A DNA stretch of 64,000 bases from a virus, in IMG/VR virus record IMGVR_UViG_3300027917_000041, positions 1 through 64,000 of that record; one strand, written 5' to 3'. Position 1 is the first letter of the stretch. Each line of letters starts with the position of its first letter. Positions 19,797-26,667 of this stretch are shown in pieces. The translations under genes and the position numbers were made by a program. The notes under the pieces were generated by a model, which saw only the letters and a list, made by a program, of their open reading frames with translations, did no database searches and had not been told where the DNA came from.

Positions 19797-20858
19797 TTAA
19801 GCCTCCTGTAATTCTTCTTCGTCTACCATCGGGGTTTCCTTCCCGATTGTACTATTATAACACAATTCTTTGATTTTGTCAAGTAATTCACGATTCTCTA
19901 ATAAAGCATTTGCGGCGTTATTAGCACCGTTTCCTAACTTTTCTCCGTCAAAACTGTACCAATTGCCTGATTTATTGATTATGCCAAGAGCAGATGCAAA
20001 ATCTAATGCATCACGTCCCTCATCAATACCCATACCAAACCGTAACGGTACAAAGCCTGTCATAAACGGTTTAGCAACCTTATTCTTTTTTATTGTAAAC
20101 TTACTTAGAATACCAGTAGTTTCACTACCTTCCGTAATTGGACTACCTTTACCCAAGAAGATAATAACCGAACATTGATGATACAAAGCATGACCACCCG
20201 GCATTGTGTAGCCACCCATGTATGAACCAATCTTATCCCTAACCTGATTTACAAATAAGAAAGCCGTTCTTGATTTCTCTAACTTATAAGCATTTCTTGG
20301 CAGGAATTTAGCCATCATCCTAGCCAATAACGCTACGTTATCATCACCTAACTTATCATCCTTCAACTTCTGTGGTGCAAGAGCACCCACGCTATCTAAG
20401 ACTATCAAACCAAAATCCGTAGATTCTAAACCAGCTTCGGCAATCTCTAAGGATTGTTCTGCTGTTTCTGGTCTGATAATCGTAAGATATTCCGGGTCAA
20501 AACCACCAACAACTGAGTTTACATAGCTATAATCCAAACCACTTTCCACATCAATGTACAATGCCCTTTCTTCAAGTTGCCGTATCATCTTAGCAATACT
20601 TAAAGAAATCGTAGTCTTACCCGAAGATTCAGCACCATAGATTGTTGTGAACTTACGTCTAGGTAAACCACCAATACCGATAGCCATGTCTAAACTTATA
20701 GAACCTGTAGGTAACGGTTCGGCTACCTCAAATCCTTCTTCCTGAGTTACAACATAACCAGCGTATTCACTTTGTATGAATTGATCAAAATCTAGTTTTT
20801 CTTTTCTTTTCAAATTACGCTCTCCATATATCCAACTCTTGAAATAGTCTACAACCAA
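19797..20858 (-). CDS. recA: RecA/UvsX recombinase
   Basis: TGS.SLD.A.G.GGLP, YGAESSGKTT, LDSV.AL, NQVR, PGG.AL, KNKV. Confidence 0.95.
   Translation of the reverse strand: MVVDYFKSWIYGERNLKRKEKLDFDQFIQSEYAGYVVTQEEGFEVAEPLPTGSISLDMAIGIGGLPRRKFTTIYGAESSGKTTISLSIAKMIRQLEERALYIDVESGLDYSYVNSVVGGFDPEYLTIIRPETAEQSLEIAEAGLESTDFGLIVLDSVGALAPQKLKDDKLGDDNVALLARMMAKFLPRNAYKLEKSRTAFLFVNQVRDKIGSYMGGYTMPGGHALYHQCSVIIFLGKGSPITEGSETTGILSKFTIKKNKVAKPFMTGFVPLRFGMGIDEGRDALDFASALGIINKSGNWYSFDGEKLGNGANNAANALLENRELLDKIKELCYNSTIGKETPMVDEEELQEA
19854..19882 (-). promoter_or_regulatory. sigma70-type promoter inside recA 3' end
   Basis: TTGACA-17-TATAAT, TGn extended -10. Confidence 0.75.
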
Positions 20859-21087
20859 AATCCTTTCTAGTTTCCAAGCCTATATCACTTAGATCATCAT
20901 GACCAGCTGTAAAAGACGTAATGTTTGCCCCTCTTACACCTGAATTTTCATGAATAGCTTTACAATATCCCCACTCTGTACTAGCATATTCCCACTTGGC
21001 ACACAGACCACAACTATCTACTTTGCGACTTCTAAGATTCGATGTCATATTTTGGCAACTCCTCAATATTCTCAGGAAATCCACCAT
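20815..21087 (-). CDS. hypothetical Cys-rich protein (start probably internal)
   Basis: C..C..W......G.C ... FGC..F. Confidence 0.55.
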   Translation of the reverse strand: MVDFLRILRSCQNMTSNLRSRKVDSCGLCAKWEYASTEWGYCKAIHENSGVRGANITSFTAGHDDLSDIGLETRKDFGCRLFQELDIWRA

Positions 21088-21250
21088 GCTCAGTCAGATA
21101 TTCATCAATATTATCATCATAATTTGACAAAGTAATTCCTAATTCTTTAGCAAAATAAATAGGGTGTAAGCTATGATCTTGCATAATTAGCTCACCATCT
21201 TTATACAAACCTTGCCATTCGTCTACAATAAACCAAGTAAATTCACTCAT
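21032..21250 (-). CDS. hypothetical protein
   Basis: coupled ORF; W.GLY.DG.L..Q.H pattern. Confidence 0.6.
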   Translation of the reverse strand: MSEFTWFIVDEWQGLYKDGELIMQDHSLHPIYFAKELGITLSNYDDNIDEYLTEHGGFPENIEELPKYDIES

Positions 21251-21534
21251 GATCCAAACTCCTTAAATACTTTAATTGATATTACGGGTATATTATATTT
21301 AGAACTCATTTCATACAAATTGGTATCTACGGCAACTTCAACTTTCAAACGTTCTTTGGTCACAGCTTCTTTCACCAACTTATTTAGATGATAAGAAGTG
21401 TCCATTATTTCTCCCCAAAGCTTCGTTTGACGTTCCTTTTCATGCTCACCCATAATCCTATTTACCCGTTCCTGTACACCTTCTTCCAGTTCTTCTTCCG
21501 GATACATATTTCCTACTACCATTAGTGCCTCCAA
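21247..21534 (-). CDS. hypothetical protein
   Basis: coupled ORF. Confidence 0.6.
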   Translation of the reverse strand: MEALMVVGNMYPEEELEEGVQERVNRIMGEHEKERQTKLWGEIMDTSYHLNKLVKEAVTKERLKVEVAVDTNLYEMSSKYNIPVISIKVFKEFGS

Positions 21535-23450
21535 GTTTTAGATAACATACTATCAGCTTTCGCAGGAATATCCTTAAGAAATACCTGCTCAGCTTCCTCC
21601 ATTGTTGCAACCACGAACGCCTCAGCTTCTTCCGCTATACTTTCGTGTACTTCCCACACACCTTCATCGTGTACGGTCAGCAATAGTTTAAATAAATCTC
21701 CGAAGGGGTTTCTATGATATATGTCTACCAAGGCTATCTTTAAAATGTCGGCAGACCCACCCTGAATAATAGTATTAATTCCCCTTCGGAGTACAGATGC
21801 TTTTATTTTTGCTTTTTCATCGCCATCCTCAAAGATTTCAGGTATGTCAAAATAACGCTTTCGACCAAAAGGCGTAATAGAGTAACCAAGTTCCCAAATC
21901 TTCTCACCTGCCAACTCAATGAATTTTGCGATATAGGGATATGCGGCAAAATAAGCTTCCAAGTGTGCCTCTCCCTCGTATTGTGGTATACCAAAATTAT
22001 ACTCCAAACCATAGGCTGTAGAACCATAGACGATAGCAAAATTGATTGATTTTCCTCTACTTCTCTGTTCCTTTGTAACAATGTCATATTCAACCCCATA
22101 AATATTTGATGCTGTCAACACATGAATATCCAACTCATTGTTATAAGCGTCAATAAATGCACGTTCATTTGCAACAGCACCCAATAAACGCAATTCTGCT
22201 TGGTTAAAGTCTACGGTTAATAAAAGATGATCCTTGCTTGCCTCGAAACATTCTCTATAACGAGCCTCTGGATCATCTTCATTCTCTCCAGGTATCTGCT
22301 GTAAGTTGGGTTTTTCGCAACTCCAACGTCCGGATACTGTACCAAGTTGATTAAATTGTGCATGTAACCTACCCGTTTTTGGGTTTATTTTATCAAGAAA
22401 ATCCTCACCGTAGGAATTGATACGCTTTGAATACGGTTTGAATTCCAAATAGTCACGAATAACTTCATGATGCTTAAATCGAGCCAATTCTTTTTTATTG
22501 GCACTAGGCACATAAACTTTACTATATGTCAATATCTCTTTGAACTGTGCAGGACTGTTTAAATTCAGCCACTCACGCACAATACCTGCTACAGTTTTTC
22601 TATCGGTAATCCCTTCCATTGGATCACGATCACGCTTTAGTTTTACCTGCAACTTTAGCTTGTCAACAACTGTCAAAGCGTCAGCGTCACCAACCAATAG
22701 TTTATCCAAAGCCGGGTTAATCAAAGTATCCTTTAGCTTTTCTTCCCACACCTTTTGACGTTCAATAGCAGACGCAGTAATTTCCTTCCAAAGTTTTTGA
22801 TTTACAGATACACCTTCAAGCTCCATCCAAGCAACTTGAGGCAATAACTCCATTTCTAAATCTGCTGTTTTGGTTAGGTTCTTTTCTTCTAGTTCAACAC
22901 AAATACTTTCGTATAAGTCTACTAAGTTTAAAACGTCTTTTGCGGCATACAAGTACATTTCCTGAGTTACGATTGTAGCACCAATGAAATCTTCTCGTAC
23001 ATCCTTTTCCATTACAATATCAAGATGCTTAAATAGCAATGATTGTAATGATACAAACGGTCTACCAAGTCCGGTATTTGCCACCCCATCACCAATCATG
23101 GTATCGAAAACGTTCTCAATCCCTACACCTGTATTGGCTTTAATAACTTTTATATCAAATTTGATGTTATGTCCGACACATAGAGCGTCACTGTCTAGAA
23201 GTGCCTGTGCCACAAAAGTCATGTGGTTTTTCAGTCCTACAATATCAAAAACAAAAACAGTTTCGCCTATAGATACTTGCATAAGTAGCCATCTGTCGTT
23301 AAACGGATCAAGCCCTGACGACTCAACATCTAATCCAACAATGTCGACAAAGGGCAAGGCTTGTACAAATTCTTCTATTCCAGCTGTATCCTCAACTAAT
23401 CTTAGTTTCAATGTCCTAAAACCTCTACTATTCCTGCTCTCGGTATCCAT
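21522..23450 (-). CDS. polA: family A DNA polymerase (3'-5' exo + polymerase, no 5' nuclease); start probably TTG 23411
   Basis: LDVE, HN.KFD, YA..D, SGR.S...PNLQQIP, D..Q.ELR, R..K..NF...YG, VHDE. Confidence 0.95.
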   Translation of the reverse strand: MDTESRNSRGFRTLKLRLVEDTAGIEEFVQALPFVDIVGLDVESSGLDPFNDRWLLMQVSIGETVFVFDIVGLKNHMTFVAQALLDSDALCVGHNIKFDIKVIKANTGVGIENVFDTMIGDGVANTGLGRPFVSLQSLLFKHLDIVMEKDVREDFIGATIVTQEMYLYAAKDVLNLVDLYESICVELEEKNLTKTADLEMELLPQVAWMELEGVSVNQKLWKEITASAIERQKVWEEKLKDTLINPALDKLLVGDADALTVVDKLKLQVKLKRDRDPMEGITDRKTVAGIVREWLNLNSPAQFKEILTYSKVYVPSANKKELARFKHHEVIRDYLEFKPYSKRINSYGEDFLDKINPKTGRLHAQFNQLGTVSGRWSCEKPNLQQIPGENEDDPEARYRECFEASKDHLLLTVDFNQAELRLLGAVANERAFIDAYNNELDIHVLTASNIYGVEYDIVTKEQRSRGKSINFAIVYGSTAYGLEYNFGIPQYEGEAHLEAYFAAYPYIAKFIELAGEKIWELGYSITPFGRKRYFDIPEIFEDGDEKAKIKASVLRRGINTIIQGGSADILKIALVDIYHRNPFGDLFKLLLTVHDEGVWEVHESIAEEAEAFVVATMEEAEQVFLKDIPAKADSMLSKTWRH

Positions 23451-23863
23451 ACGATCTCTACTTGATCTTTGAATTCACGAGACTTAACCCGGCTATACAA
23501 TTTTCTAGCTCGTTTGTTGAGCTTTTTTAGTATCGGGTTGTTAACCTTCCATCCATTTACCGTCTGTTTCACGGTTAGTTTACTATCACAGTAGATAGTC
23601 CACTTTGTATTTCTGTGGTGTTTCATGTAAAAATTGACATACTCTAGGAGTTTAATCATAGATTCATACTCTGCTTGGTTGCTAGTCTTTGAGTCTAAGT
23701 TAAAAGTTTCTGACCTAATCAATTCATCCTTTCCAAATACTGCAAAACTTCCATAAGCATCAGAGTGTGTCTTATTATTACAGCCACCATCTACGTAAGC
23801 TGTGATGTTTCTCAAATTTTCTGCCTCCTCGGACTGAGGAGCACTTCTAAAACTAATATCCAT
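23408..23863 (-). CDS. rnhA: ribonuclease HI
   Basis: YVDGG, TSNQAEY, DSKL, W.V, WIPR. Confidence 0.8.
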   Translation of the reverse strand: MDISFRSAPQSEEAENLRNITAYVDGGCNNKTHSDAYGSFAVFGKDELIRSETFNLDSKTSNQAEYESMIKLLEYVNFYMKHHRNTKWTIYCDSKLTVKQTVNGWKVNNPILKKLNKRARKLYSRVKSREFKDQVEIVWIPRAGIVEVLGH

Positions 23864-23869
23864 GGCTTA

Positions 23870-23898
23870 ATTATACCATGGATTTAGTGTTTTGTCAA
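23870..23898 (-). promoter_or_regulatory. sigma70-type promoter giving a probable leaderless rnhA mRNA
   Basis: TTGACA-17-TATAAT, ATG 6 nt downstream. Confidence 0.8.
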
Positions 23899-23910
23899 GT
23901 ACTAATTTTA

Positions 23911-23983
23911 GGCATACCCAGCTGGACTTGAACCAGCACCGAGGGGTTTGGAGTCCCTAATGCTACCATTACACCACGGATAT
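23911..23983 (-). tRNA. tRNA-Trp(CCA)
   Basis: cloverleaf, loop CTCCAAA, G73, ends CC-TA. Confidence 0.9.
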
Positions 23984-23988
23984 GTATA

Positions 23989-24062
23989 GGAGCGTGTGAC
24001 AGGAGTCGCACCTGCACCGTATGGTTGGAAGCCACCCATGCTACTGTTAACACCACACACGC
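23989..24062 (-). tRNA. tRNA-Gly(TCC)
   Basis: loop CTTCCAA, U73; T-loop TGCGACT. Confidence 0.85.
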
Positions 24063-24067
24063 ACTTA

Positions 24068-24157
24068 GGCGGAGAATACAGGGATCGAACCTGTACATCG
24101 GAGTTACCGACATCACCGTTTTCAAGACGGATAAGCACGCCAGCCTTGCGACTCTCC
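24068..24157 (-). tRNA. tRNA-Ser(TGA)
   Basis: loop CTTGAAA, long variable arm, G73. Confidence 0.85.
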
Positions 24158-24160
24158 GTA

Positions 24161-24247
24161 GGCGGAAGGTAGAGGGATCGAACCTCTGCATCCGGTTGGA
24201 TGGTTATGGTTTAGCAAACCAGCGCATTACCACTCTGCCAACCTTCC
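24161..24247 (-). tRNA. tRNA-Ser(GCT)
   Basis: loop TTGCTAA, long variable arm. Confidence 0.9.
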
Positions 24248-24251
24248 AATA

Positions 24252-24337
24252 GGTCGCTATGGCAGGATTCGAACCTGCATGGACACATGCCCACCATGGT
24301 TTGAGCATGGCGTGTATACCAATTCCACCACACAGCG
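24252..24337 (-). tRNA. tRNA-Leu(CAA)
   Basis: loop CTCAAAC, long variable arm, A73. Confidence 0.9.
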
Positions 24338-24340
24338 ATA

Positions 24341-24416
24341 GGTGCTGAACCCTAGACTCGAACTAGGAATCTTCCGCGTATCAGACGGATGCGTTAACCA
24401 GTTACGCTAGTCCAGC
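24341..24416 (-). tRNA. tRNA-Ile(GAT)
   Basis: loop CTGATAC. Confidence 0.9.
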
Positions 24417-24420
24417 ATTA

Positions 24421-24494
24421 GGTGACTCTACAGGGGATTGAACCCTGATTCTCAGCTTGAGGGGCTGATGTCCTATCCATTAGACGATAGAGCC
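24421..24494 (-). tRNA. tRNA-Glu(CTC)
   Basis: loop CCCTCAA (C33). Confidence 0.85.
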
Positions 24495-24499
24495 ATATA

Positions 24500-24583
24500 G
24501 GTGCTCTAGAGAGGAGTCGAACCTCTACGCCCGAAGGCACTTGGGTTTAAGTCAAGCGTGTCTGCCAATTCCACCACAAGAGC
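24500..24583 (-). tRNA. tRNA-Leu(TAA)
   Basis: loop CTTAAAC, long variable arm. Confidence 0.9.
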
Positions 24584-24589
24584 ATTTTA

Positions 24590-24774
24590 GACCACCCGTA
24601 GGCAGGATTCTGTTCTATGCTATCATTTATCTTTGCACCAACCCGACTATTATAGCGTAGCTCACCCGCTAAGTCTGTTTGGCTTGCTACCTAGGTAGTG
24701 CAAACGGCTTATGCCTCCTACCGTGAGCTAAGTAGTCCTGACCTTCCTCTGTTTCCAGCGATAGCTCGATGGTC
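24590..24774 (-). ncRNA. rnpB: miniature RNase P RNA (catalytic domain only)
   Basis: CR-I GAGGAAGGUCAGGA pairs with CR-V ACAGAAUCCUGCCU (P4 with bulged U); CR-IV AGAUAAAU; P1, P2, P3, P5, P6, P7, P15, P16 and P17 all pair. Confidence 0.88.
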
Positions 24775-24777
24775 TTA

Positions 24778-24851
24778 GGAGTCCTAGGTGGGAGTCGAAC
24801 CCACTCTACAGCGTTTTGCAGACGCTTTCCTAGCCATTCGGAATCTAGGAC
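24778..24851 (-). tRNA. tRNA-Cys(GCA)
   Basis: loop CTGCAAA, U73. Confidence 0.9.
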
Positions 24852-24856
24852 ATTTA

Positions 24857-24929
24857 GGCTGAGGGTACTGGATTTGCACCAATGATACTTGGTTCAGAGC
24901 CAAGGGGTTTACTGTTAGCCTAACCCTCA
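24857..24929 (-). tRNA. tRNA-Gln(CTG)
   Basis: U1-A72, loop CTCTGAA; T-loop TGCAAAT. Confidence 0.85.
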
Positions 24930-24934
24930 GTATA

Positions 24935-25010
24935 GGCGGTTACTACGAGATTCGAACTCGCATATTCTTCCTTGACAGGGAAGCCCATTAACCAATTATG
25001 GTAAGCAACC
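24935..25010 (-). tRNA. tRNA-Asp(GTC)
   Basis: loop CTGTCAA, G73. Confidence 0.9.
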
Positions 25011-25014
25011 ATTA

Positions 25015-25091
25015 TGGAGCTGAATACTGGATTCGAACCAGTACTTCTTGGTTACAAAGCAAGCGTGCTTGACCATTAACACTAATCCAGC
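25015..25091 (-). tRNA. tRNA-Thr(TGT), the only one with encoded CCA
   Basis: loop TTTGTAA; ends TCCA. Confidence 0.9.
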
Positions 25092-25096
25092 TTGTA

Positions 25097-25170
25097 GGTG
25101 ACATCTGACGGATTCGAACCGACACTTCCCTGATTGAAAGTCAGGTGTCCTTCCAGTAGACGAAGATGCC
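25097..25170 (-). tRNA. tRNA-Glu(TTC)
   Basis: loop CTTTCAA. Confidence 0.9.
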
Positions 25171-25174
25171 ATAC

Positions 25175-25218
25175 CGCAGGGCTTTCGCCCTGCACCCTGC
25201 CACGAATGGTCAGGGGTG
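25175..25218 (-). ncRNA. small two-hairpin structured element
   Basis: CACCCCUGACCA-UUCG-UGGCAGGGUG followed by CAGGGC-GAAA-GCCCUG. Confidence 0.45.
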
Positions 25219-25221
25219 ATA

Positions 25222-25297
25222 GGTGCAGGATACAGGACTCGAACCTGTGTTCTCTTTTTTGTAAGAAAAGCGATTTCACCAGCTAATCTAATCCTGC
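25222..25297 (-). tRNA. tRNA-Val(TAC)
   Basis: loop CTTACAA. Confidence 0.9.
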
Positions 25298-25302
25298 AAA
25301 TT

Positions 25303-25348
25303 GGTCTTGTTTTTGTAGCTTCTGGTACAAGACCGTAAACCTAGCTAC
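25303..25348 (-). ncRNA. predicted H-type pseudoknot RNA
   Basis: GUAGCU/AGCUAC and GGUCUUGU/ACAAGACC stems interleaved. Confidence 0.55.
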
Positions 25349-25352
25349 CGCA

Positions 25353-25427
25353 GGTGGACAAGACGAGATTCGAACTCGTATTACTTCTGTGCAAGAGAAG
25401 TGTGTTCCCAATTGTCACTACTCGCCC
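25353..25427 (-). tRNA. tRNA-Ala(TGC)
   Basis: G3-U70, loop CTTGCAC; ends CC-TG. Confidence 0.9.
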
Positions 25428-25429
25428 AA

Positions 25430-25505
25430 GGTACTCCGTGGAGGATTTGAACCTCCATCTCGTAGGTTAAGAGCCTAGTGGGTTAGCCGTTAACCCCAAC
25501 GGAGT
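25430..25505 (-). tRNA. tRNA-Lys(CTT)
   Basis: loop CTCTTAA; ends CC-TT. Confidence 0.9.
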
Positions 25506-25513
25506 ATGTACAT

Positions 25514-25591
25514 CCAGTCTACGTTAATCGGAACCTCGTCCGATGCTTATATGCGTGTCCAGCGTAGACCAGTGAGAGCCGCTAAGCTCCC
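25514..25591 (-). ncRNA. unidentified ~80-nt structured RNA
   Basis: GGGAGC/GCUCUC hairpin, then CUGGUCUACG/CGUAGACUGG stem enclosing an AUCGGA/UCCGAU hairpin. Confidence 0.5.
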
Positions 25592-25595
25592 TATA

Positions 25596-25678
25596 GGTGC
25601 GCCCGGAGAGAGTCGAACTCCCACAGCTTATAGCGGGTGGTTTACAGCCACTTGGACTCGCCATTGTCCAGCAGACGC
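25596..25678 (-). tRNA. tRNA-Tyr(GTA)
   Basis: loop CTGTAAA, variable arm. Confidence 0.9.
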
Positions 25679-25682
25679 ATTA

Positions 25683-25757
25683 GGTAGCGGAGGACGGAGT
25701 TGAACCGACTTGGGACAGTTTATGAGACTGCCGAGTTTACCGAAACTCTACTCCGCA
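25683..25757 (-). tRNA. tRNA-Met(CAT), initiator-like acceptor end
   Basis: loop CTCATAA; U1:U72 mismatch. Confidence 0.85.
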
Positions 25758-25762
25758 ATATA

Positions 25763-25840
25763 GGTACTGGCACTTGGATTCGAACCAAGACCTTACAGTT
25801 TAAAAGACTGATGTGCTAGACCGTTAAACACCATACCAGT
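25763..25840 (-). tRNA. tRNA-Lys(TTT)
   Basis: loop CTTTTAA. Confidence 0.9.
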
Positions 25841-25847
25841 ATATTTA

Positions 25848-25920
25848 GGTGTAGACCCCCGGAGTCGAACCGGGCTTGTCCGGGCTTCAACCGGATGCAT
25901 AACCACTCTGCCAAGTCCAC
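25848..25920 (-). tRNA. tRNA-Phe(GAA)
   Basis: loop TTGAAGC. Confidence 0.9.
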
Positions 25921-25925
25921 ATTTA

Positions 25926-26000
25926 GGTACTCGCACTAGGATTCGAACCTAGACTCAACCGTATATAAGACGGACGTGTTCACCATTACACTATGCGAGT
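25926..26000 (-). tRNA. tRNA-Ile(TAT)
   Basis: loop CTTATAT. Confidence 0.85.
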
Positions 26001-26005
26001 ATGTA

Positions 26006-26079
26006 GGCTGAGGGTGAAGGGGTCGAACCTCCATTTCAGGCTTCAAAGACCTTAGTCTTTACCATTAGACGAACCCTCA
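26006..26079 (-). tRNA. tRNA-Gln(TTG)
   Basis: U1-A72, loop CTTTGAA, G73. Confidence 0.9.
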
Positions 26080-26087
26080 ATATTGAC

Positions 26088-26116
26088 ATTATAACACAAA
26101 AATTGATATTTGTCAA
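26088..26116 (-). promoter_or_regulatory. internal promoter of the tRNA array
   Basis: TTGACA-17-TATAAT, 8 nt upstream of tRNA-Gln(TTG). Confidence 0.85.
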
Positions 26117-26129
26117 GTACCAATTTCTA

Positions 26130-26203
26130 GGAGCATCTAGCAGGGGTCGAACCTGCACTACTTGGTTCGTAGCCAAGTGGTCTATCCATTAGCCTATAGA
26201 TGC
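26130..26203 (-). tRNA. tRNA-Arg(ACG)
   Basis: loop CTACGAA, A20. Confidence 0.9.
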
Positions 26204-26207
26204 ATTA

Positions 26208-26281
26208 GGCGCAACCAAGAGGACTCGAACCTCTTCCATGGGCTTAGAACACCCTTATGCGATCCACTACACCATGGTTGC
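26208..26281 (-). tRNA. tRNA-Arg(TCT)
   Basis: loop GTTCTAA, A20, G73. Confidence 0.85.
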
Positions 26282-26419
26282 AATTTTATGTAAGATACGC
26301 CAAAATAGGTTATCTCGTTTCCAGATAGAAGTATGATCTTCTCTAAATCCCCATAGAAAATACCAGTCTATCTTAATACCACCTTTCTTGCGTTTGCTTA
26401 CCTTACCAATTTTTGTCAT
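26267..26419 (-). CDS. small basic/aromatic ORF inside tRNA array (50 aa)
   Basis: MTKIGKVSKRKKGGIKIDWYFLWGF...; ATG directly follows tRNA-Asn CC-T. Confidence 0.4.
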   Translation of the reverse strand: MTKIGKVSKRKKGGIKIDWYFLWGFREDHTSIWKRDNLFWRILHKIATMV

Positions 26420-26420
26420 A

Positions 26421-26494
26421 GGCACTCAGGGGCGGGGTCGAACCACCGTCACCACGGTTAACAGCCGTGTGCATTACCATTATGCTACCCGAGT
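26421..26494 (-). tRNA. tRNA-Asn(GTT)
   Basis: loop CTGTTAA, G73. Confidence 0.9.
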
Positions 26495-26499
26495 GTATA

Positions 26500-26575
26500 G
26501 GGGTAATCGGTGAGTCTCGAACTCACTATAACTGTGTTCACAGCACAGCGTCGCACCAGTTTGACTTCGATCACC
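26500..26575 (-). tRNA. tRNA-His(GTG)
   Basis: G-1:C73, loop CTGTGAA. Confidence 0.9.
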
Positions 26576-26580
26576 ATATA

Positions 26581-26664
26581 GGTGCTTCTCGTGGGAGTCG
26601 AACCCACATGAGTCTCCTCACTAGTTTCTAAGACTAGAGCGTATACCAATTCCGCCAGAGAAGC
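26581..26664 (-). tRNA. tRNA-Leu(TAG)
   Basis: loop CTTAGAA, long variable arm. Confidence 0.9.
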
Positions 26665-26667
26665 ATA

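Noticed and set aside
25303-25348. HDV-like/theta ribozyme next to a tRNA 3' end
   Set aside because: Only two interleaved stems are present; no P3/L3, P1.1 or catalytic J4/2 C can be placed.
26208-26281. Possible amber suppressor (CTA) tRNA and stop-codon recoding
   Set aside because: The stem register GGGT/GCCC centres TCT, A20 and G73 fit Arg, and TAG terminates many ORFs normally.
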